Assembly: GCA_002633185.1 (NCBI GenBank) | Contig: NWBM01000002.1 | Location: 209,640-273,639 of the forward strand | Length of the DNA stretch: 64,000 bases | Direction: 5' to 3' | DNA from: Lachnospiraceae bacterium Phil5 | GTDB lineage: Bacteria > Bacillota > Clostridia > TANB77 > CAG-508 | Shown: piece by piece, positions 58,938 through 64,000 of the stretch | Position numbering within the stretch: the stretch's first letter is position 1 | How the letters are laid out: each line of letters starts with the position of its first letter | Translations under genes and position numbers: made by a program | Notes under the pieces: model-generated | Databases searched by the model: none | Told to the model about the DNA's origin: nothing | Seen by the model: the letters and a program-made list of their open reading frames with translations, nothing else

Positions 58938-59151
58938 GCAAATTGCTAAATCTTTTTGGGTAGAGGAATATATATATTACATTCAGTGGACTTGCTGACT
59001 CGGCTTTGAATTAAGGCAAAAGGATTGTTGGATAGTAAAATGTTTTATTATGGAGTCCTTTTGCTTCTTTATTCAAACCTCGTCAAACTGGCGCGTCCTG
59101 TCTTCATGTAATATATATATTCCTCTACCCAAAAAGATTTAGCAATTTTGC
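58938..59151. repeat. 214-bp palindromic element: ~41-45-bp near-perfect inverted arms around a 123-bp partly self-complementary core
   Basis: ATTGCTAAATCTTTTTGGGTAGAGGAATATATATATTACAT (ending 58982) and its exact reverse complement at 59106-59146. The core continues imperfect pairing. Confidence 0.8.
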
Positions 59152-59165
59152 TTCATATTAAATTT

Positions 59166-59200
59166 TGAAAAACAAAAAGAAGCTGATGATTAACAGCTTC
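59166..59200 (-). terminator. intrinsic terminator of rnpB
   Basis: AGAAGCTG-loop-CAGCTTCT hairpin with a T-run on the minus strand. Confidence 0.65.
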
Positions 59201-59212
59201 TTCTTGATATAT

Positions 59213-59560
59213 AATAAGTAAATCTATAAGCCGGGTTCTGTCTTGAATAGTCATTTATCTAGTACATATATTACTATATGCCTCAAGCCACCTCAGTTTG
59301 AAGATGACGAGCAGTCTTAGCCTTCAATTAGGGTGTTGCTCCAGATGGGGTTTACACTGTCCCAGTATGTCACCATACCGGCGGTGAGCTCTTACCTCGC
59401 CTTTTCATCCTTACCTACTAATGTAGGCGGTTATTTTCTGTTGCACTTTCCTTAAGGTTTCCCTCACTGGACGTTATCCAGCATCATTGCTCTGTGGAGC
59501 CCGGACTTTCCTCGTACGCTTTCTTTCGAAATTGCTATACGCGACTATTCAATTTACTCT
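59213..59560 (-). ncRNA. rnpB: RNase P RNA, bacterial type A
   Basis: The minus strand contains GAGGAAAGTCCGGGCTCCACAGAGC (P4 5' strand), GGTAAGAGCTCACCGCCGG and ACAGAACCCGGCTTAT (P4 3' strand). Terminal P1/P2 pairing: AGAGTAAATTGAATAGTC with GACTATTCAA...ATTTACTT. Ends are accurate to about 5 nt. Confidence 0.93.
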
Positions 59561-59670
59561 ATTGTTTATTGTATCTTTTTTTTTGTATTTTGTCAACTAA
59601 ATACTGATTTCATAGCTTATAATTTGCTTATTTTTTAAATTTATTATATTATTAATATTGGTGATTATAA

Positions 59671-60555
59671 ATGAATTTAAGTTATATGGTAAAAGATAAT
59701 GAACATTTTGATAATGTAAAAGAAGTTTTGAAGACAAAATTTGAAATTTCAGATAGACTTTTATTAAAACTAAAATCAAATAATAAAATTTTTTTAAATA
59801 AAACTCCTATTGGTATAAAAGCACCTGTTAATTCAAACGACGTTGTTGAAATTTTGTTAAATTATGATGAAGACAACAAGAATATCGTTCCAACAAAAAT
59901 GGAGCTTAATATTCTTTTTGAAGATGATTATTTATTAATTTTAAATAAACCTGCAGGATTTCCAATTCATCCTTCTATAAATCATTATGAAGATAGTATT
60001 TCTAATGGTGTAAGATATTATTTTGATAGTATCGGTCTTAAAAAGAAAATTAGGCCTGTTAATAGATTAGATAAGGATACTTCTGGTATAATAATTTTTG
60101 CTAAAAATGAATATGTACAAGAGTGTTTAGTTAGACAAATGAAAAGAAACGAATTTGTTAAAGAATATATTGCTATTTGTGAAGGTATTTTTGATAATAT
60201 TTCTGGAGTAGTTAATGCCCCTATTGCACGAAAAGAAAACAGTATTATTGAAAGATGTGTTGATGATTCTGGTGATAATGCTGTAACTTATTATGATGTT
60301 TTAAAATATAATGATATTTTATCTGTCGTACATTTGAAATTAGAAACTGGTCGTACTCATCAAATTCGTGTTCATATGGCTTATCTTGGACATCCTATTT
60401 TGGGCGATTCTTTATATGGCAATTATTCTAATTTAATTGATAGACAAGCATTACACAGTTATAAAATTAGTTTTATTCATCCAATTCATCACAAAAGAAT
60501 TGAATTGATAGCTCCTTTATATAGCGACATGGAGAATATAATAAATAAACTATAA
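59671..60555 (+). CDS. RluA-family pseudouridine synthase (RluD-like)
   Basis: S4-like N-terminus, catalytic NRLDKDTSG, and GRTHQIRVH. Confidence 0.85.
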   Translation: MNLSYMVKDNEHFDNVKEVLKTKFEISDRLLLKLKSNNKIFLNKTPIGIKAPVNSNDVVEILLNYDEDNKNIVPTKMELNILFEDDYLLILNKPAGFPIHPSINHYEDSISNGVRYYFDSIGLKKKIRPVNRLDKDTSGIIIFAKNEYVQECLVRQMKRNEFVKEYIAICEGIFDNISGVVNAPIARKENSIIERCVDDSGDNAVTYYDVLKYNDILSVVHLKLETGRTHQIRVHMAYLGHPILGDSLYGNYSNLIDRQALHSYKISFIHPIHHKRIELIAPLYSDMENIINKL

Positions 60556-60565
60556 TAAACAATAA

Positions 60566-60598
60566 AAAAGGCGTGTTTAATTTAATTCACGCCTTTTT
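60566..60598. terminator. bidirectional intrinsic terminator
   Basis: AAAAAGGCGTG-loop-CACGCCTTTTT. Confidence 0.65.
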
Positions 60599-60609
60599 CG
60601 TTTATCTAC

Positions 60610-60822
60610 CTAGTGAAGTATACCAAACCATATAAACCCTGCAATAGCTGAAATAGTAATAATCCAGAATACCCACGGAAAAATCCGAGATTCGTTTATT
60701 TTTGTAATTTTAGAAATAAATGCGGAAACTCCAAAAATTACTACTTCCAAAGCATCAAATGCAATACCTATAAGTTGAATAAGAAGCCATAATGTAAAAA
60801 CACCTATTAGCAATGTAATCAT
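60610..60822 (-). CDS. 70-aa two-TM membrane protein
   Basis: AAGGAGG SD. Hydrophobic throughout. Confidence 0.55.
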   Translation of the reverse strand: MITLLIGVFTLWLLIQLIGIAFDALEVVIFGVSAFISKITKINESRIFPWVFWIITISAIAGFIWFGILH

Positions 60823-60953
60823 ATGACTACCTCCTTTTTAGAAGTTGTATCACTAGGTTTTATAAACGATTTTTTGTAATAAATTATATTTAATTACAAT
60901 AAAATTTTACAATATTTTGCTCATTTTGTCAAATTATGTTAATTGATTACCTG

Positions 60954-61931
<978 letters not shown>

Positions 61932-62100
61932 TTAATATTTATATGTCTATTATTTCTAACTTTTTTTATTTTATGTTTAGGTTTTTAATTTGTCAATGAA
62001 TAGTTTACATATTTCAGAAATAACTTTCGTGGTGTCAACTTGTTATGTTTATTTGGTGACACGCTTTGGGACGGGGTAAAAAAAGTGACACATTTTTATA

Positions 62101-62131
62101 AAAAAGAGGTTCACAATGTGAACCTCTTTTA
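62101..62131 (-). terminator. intrinsic terminator
   Basis: AAGAGGTTCACA-TTGTGAACCTCTT hairpin. Confidence 0.6.
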
Positions 62132-62151
62132 ACCTTTTAAATAAAATCAAA

Positions 62152-63639
62152 TTAGAGTCTTTCTGCTGCTTCCTTGGCAAGTGCTCCTCTGACTGTCTCA
62201 TCTTCTTCAAATGTGATAACCATTGTGTTAACACTGCCCTTCATTTTTTCTGCAACATAAACAATTCCGTTGTACCTTTCGTCAAGACCGGGATGGTCAA
62301 CTTGTGTTGGGTCTCCGCAAATAATAATTTTAGAACCTTCTCCCATTCTGGTGATGATTGTCTTCATGTCTTTCGGCTCAATATTTTGAGCTTCATCAAC
62401 AATGAAAATTTCATCCATAATGGAGGCTCCTCTTAATGCGCGGAGTGCGAGAATTTTAATAATCCCCTTTTCGAAATAATAAGAGCCATCCTCTTTGATA
62501 GGTTTTGTCCAATCATGATTCGGCTTATCTTTCGAAAAGCTGAGTTTCTGCTCTTTTGAAGTATTTTTGGTTTCCTTACTAACTACTATATCATCCTGTT
62601 TTCTGTTACTAAGCAAATACTCCAAATTGTGCATAATACCGCTCAGGAAAGGACTTACTTTGTCATCGATGTCACCTGGCAGATATCCAAGCTCATCATT
62701 AAACACAGGGCTCGTGATATTAATGCGCCGGAATTCCATTTTTTCATACCCCTCTAAGCTGTTAGCAAGTGCAAGCAATGTTTTACCAGTGCCTGCAGTT
62801 CCTTTTGCAACAATCAGAGGGCAGCCACTTGTAAGTGCACACACATACGCTGCTTGACCTTCTGTTTTAGGCTTAACACCGTACATTGCAGCTTTATATG
62901 GATTTTGAAAAACAAGTTTTTTGCCTTTCACGACAGAAAATGTGGGATGACCATCGGGATTATTGAGAATTACAATACAATTTTCAACCCACTCATATTC
63001 ATCACGGTTGTAAATCTGTGCAATCTCAATCTCTCCTTTGTTTCGAAGAATCTCGACAATCTCTTTGCTAACACAAATTGTCATTTTTCCCTTATACTGC
63101 TGTGCAAGCTCAGGGAAAATTTCATCCTTGAACGGTTCTGCCTTAATACCTACAGTATACGCCTTAATTTGAAGTGCCGTGTTGTTGGTAATAAGGATAA
63201 CCCTTTCCCTCACATCTTTACTTTTTTCTCCTCCTTTGTTTTCTGTCTCAAGATTATTCTTAACCCCTTTAATCACTTGCGATGCTTGATTCTTAAGGGT
63301 CTTCTGAATTCCGAGACAGACCTGTAATGTTCGTTTTTGAAATTCTGTGATATTAGGAATATCGATAGGAATGTCCTTCTGGTTTACCTCAATCTTGAGA
63401 ATACTGCCGTTTTCCTGCACATACCCTTTATCAGTAAGTGCACCATTTTTGGCAGCTTTTCTAAGATACTTGAGGATGATCCCGCGAACCTTCGCCTTTT
63501 CAGGGTTAAGATTCTTCATAGACTGAACCTCATCGACTATGGCCAGAGGTACAACTATTACATTGTCCTCTCCAAACTTCTGCAAACTATCTTCAGAAGA
63601 CAGCAGTGCATGCGGCCGGAGTACAAAGTACTTTGTCAT
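62152..63639 (-). CDS. PIN-domain plus PhoH-like ATPase (PhoH2/YlaK type)
   Basis: N-terminal PIN-like domain and Walker A GTAGTGKT, followed by the PhoH C-terminal region (GDPTQVD). Confidence 0.85.
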   Translation of the reverse strand: MTKYFVLRPHALLSSEDSLQKFGEDNVIVVPLAIVDEVQSMKNLNPEKAKVRGIILKYLRKAAKNGALTDKGYVQENGSILKIEVNQKDIPIDIPNITEFQKRTLQVCLGIQKTLKNQASQVIKGVKNNLETENKGGEKSKDVRERVILITNNTALQIKAYTVGIKAEPFKDEIFPELAQQYKGKMTICVSKEIVEILRNKGEIEIAQIYNRDEYEWVENCIVILNNPDGHPTFSVVKGKKLVFQNPYKAAMYGVKPKTEGQAAYVCALTSGCPLIVAKGTAGTGKTLLALANSLEGYEKMEFRRINITSPVFNDELGYLPGDIDDKVSPFLSGIMHNLEYLLSNRKQDDIVVSKETKNTSKEQKLSFSKDKPNHDWTKPIKEDGSYYFEKGIIKILALRALRGASIMDEIFIVDEAQNIEPKDMKTIITRMGEGSKIIICGDPTQVDHPGLDERYNGIVYVAEKMKGSVNTMVITFEEDETVRGALAKEAAERL

Positions 63640-63793
63640 ACATAGACCCTCCTTTGAATTTATTTAAAAAACTTTAATCTCTTATACATAAGAAATTAAA
63701 AATCTTTTATGCCTATAATTATATAACATTCAACCTTTAAAAGTCAATGTTTTTCTGCTATTTTGAGGAAAAGCTACAGTTTTTTTCATTTAT

Positions 63794-63970
63794 TTATTTA
63801 AGCAATTCCTTTTCAAATTCATAGCTACTGCACATAGACTCATCTGCTTTTTTAGTATTACAATTTTCCATTGGTGTAACCATTATTTTATTTAAAGTAC
63901 ACTCTTTATTATCAGAGTTATTATACTTACAGCTTCCAACTGTACAATTTATTTTTTGTTTTCCATCCAT
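63794..63970 (-). CDS. 58-aa DUF1540-like Cys-rich protein
   Basis: GGAGG SD. CTVGSCKYN...ECTLNKI.V......C.T...ESMCSSY matches my recollection of the DUF1540 pattern. Confidence 0.55.
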   Translation of the reverse strand: MDGKQKINCTVGSCKYNNSDNKECTLNKIMVTPMENCNTKKADESMCSSYEFEKELLK

Positions 63971-64000
63971 AATTAAATTAACCTCCTTCCAATATATTTA

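Overview
This is a very AT-rich chromosomal segment from a spore-forming low-GC Firmicute, probably Clostridia-like. Support for that: a type-A RNase P RNA, yabP-yabQ-divIC, dpaB, and use of the standard genetic code. Recognisable core genes are smpB, uvrB and uvrA (separated by an inserted LRR gene), pta-ackA plus a second ackA, dpaB, an SOS-box-controlled yneA-like LysM gene, tsaC, rho, prfB (programmed +1 frameshift), an rSAM/SPASM operon, hsp20 with a CIRCE-like operator, a hisS-like fusion gene preceded by a His-codon leader peptide, secA, rnpB, an rluD-like gene, fba and a PIN-PhoH gene. The outstanding feature is an accessory island of about 13 kb (roughly 22.7-35.8 kb), lying between a frameshifted Xer-type tyrosine recombinase and tsaC. 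It is built from at least five minus-strand cassettes. Each cassette has a near-consensus promoter, a conserved structured leader of 130-190 nt, unrelated cargo genes, a terminator and a 280-520-bp AT-rich repeat. Cargo includes duplicated small basic proteins, an HD-domain protein, an Abi_2 remnant and several orphan proteins. Two cassettes also carry a module of two tandem predicted sRNA genes convergent with a small-peptide gene. In each module, the variable part of the second sRNA is complementary to the translation-initiation region of its own neighbouring peptide gene. This resembles the par/Fst type I toxin-antitoxin layout. I do not recognise the leader, the AT-rich repeat or most cargo proteins as any named family. 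Other notable points are several disrupted genes (recombinase, aspartate kinase, AI-2E permease, KilA-N, Abi), two long palindromic elements, a REP-like GGGACACCTCC hairpin family, and tandem-HTH-module proteins. All calls come from reading the sequence and ORF track only; no database search was run.
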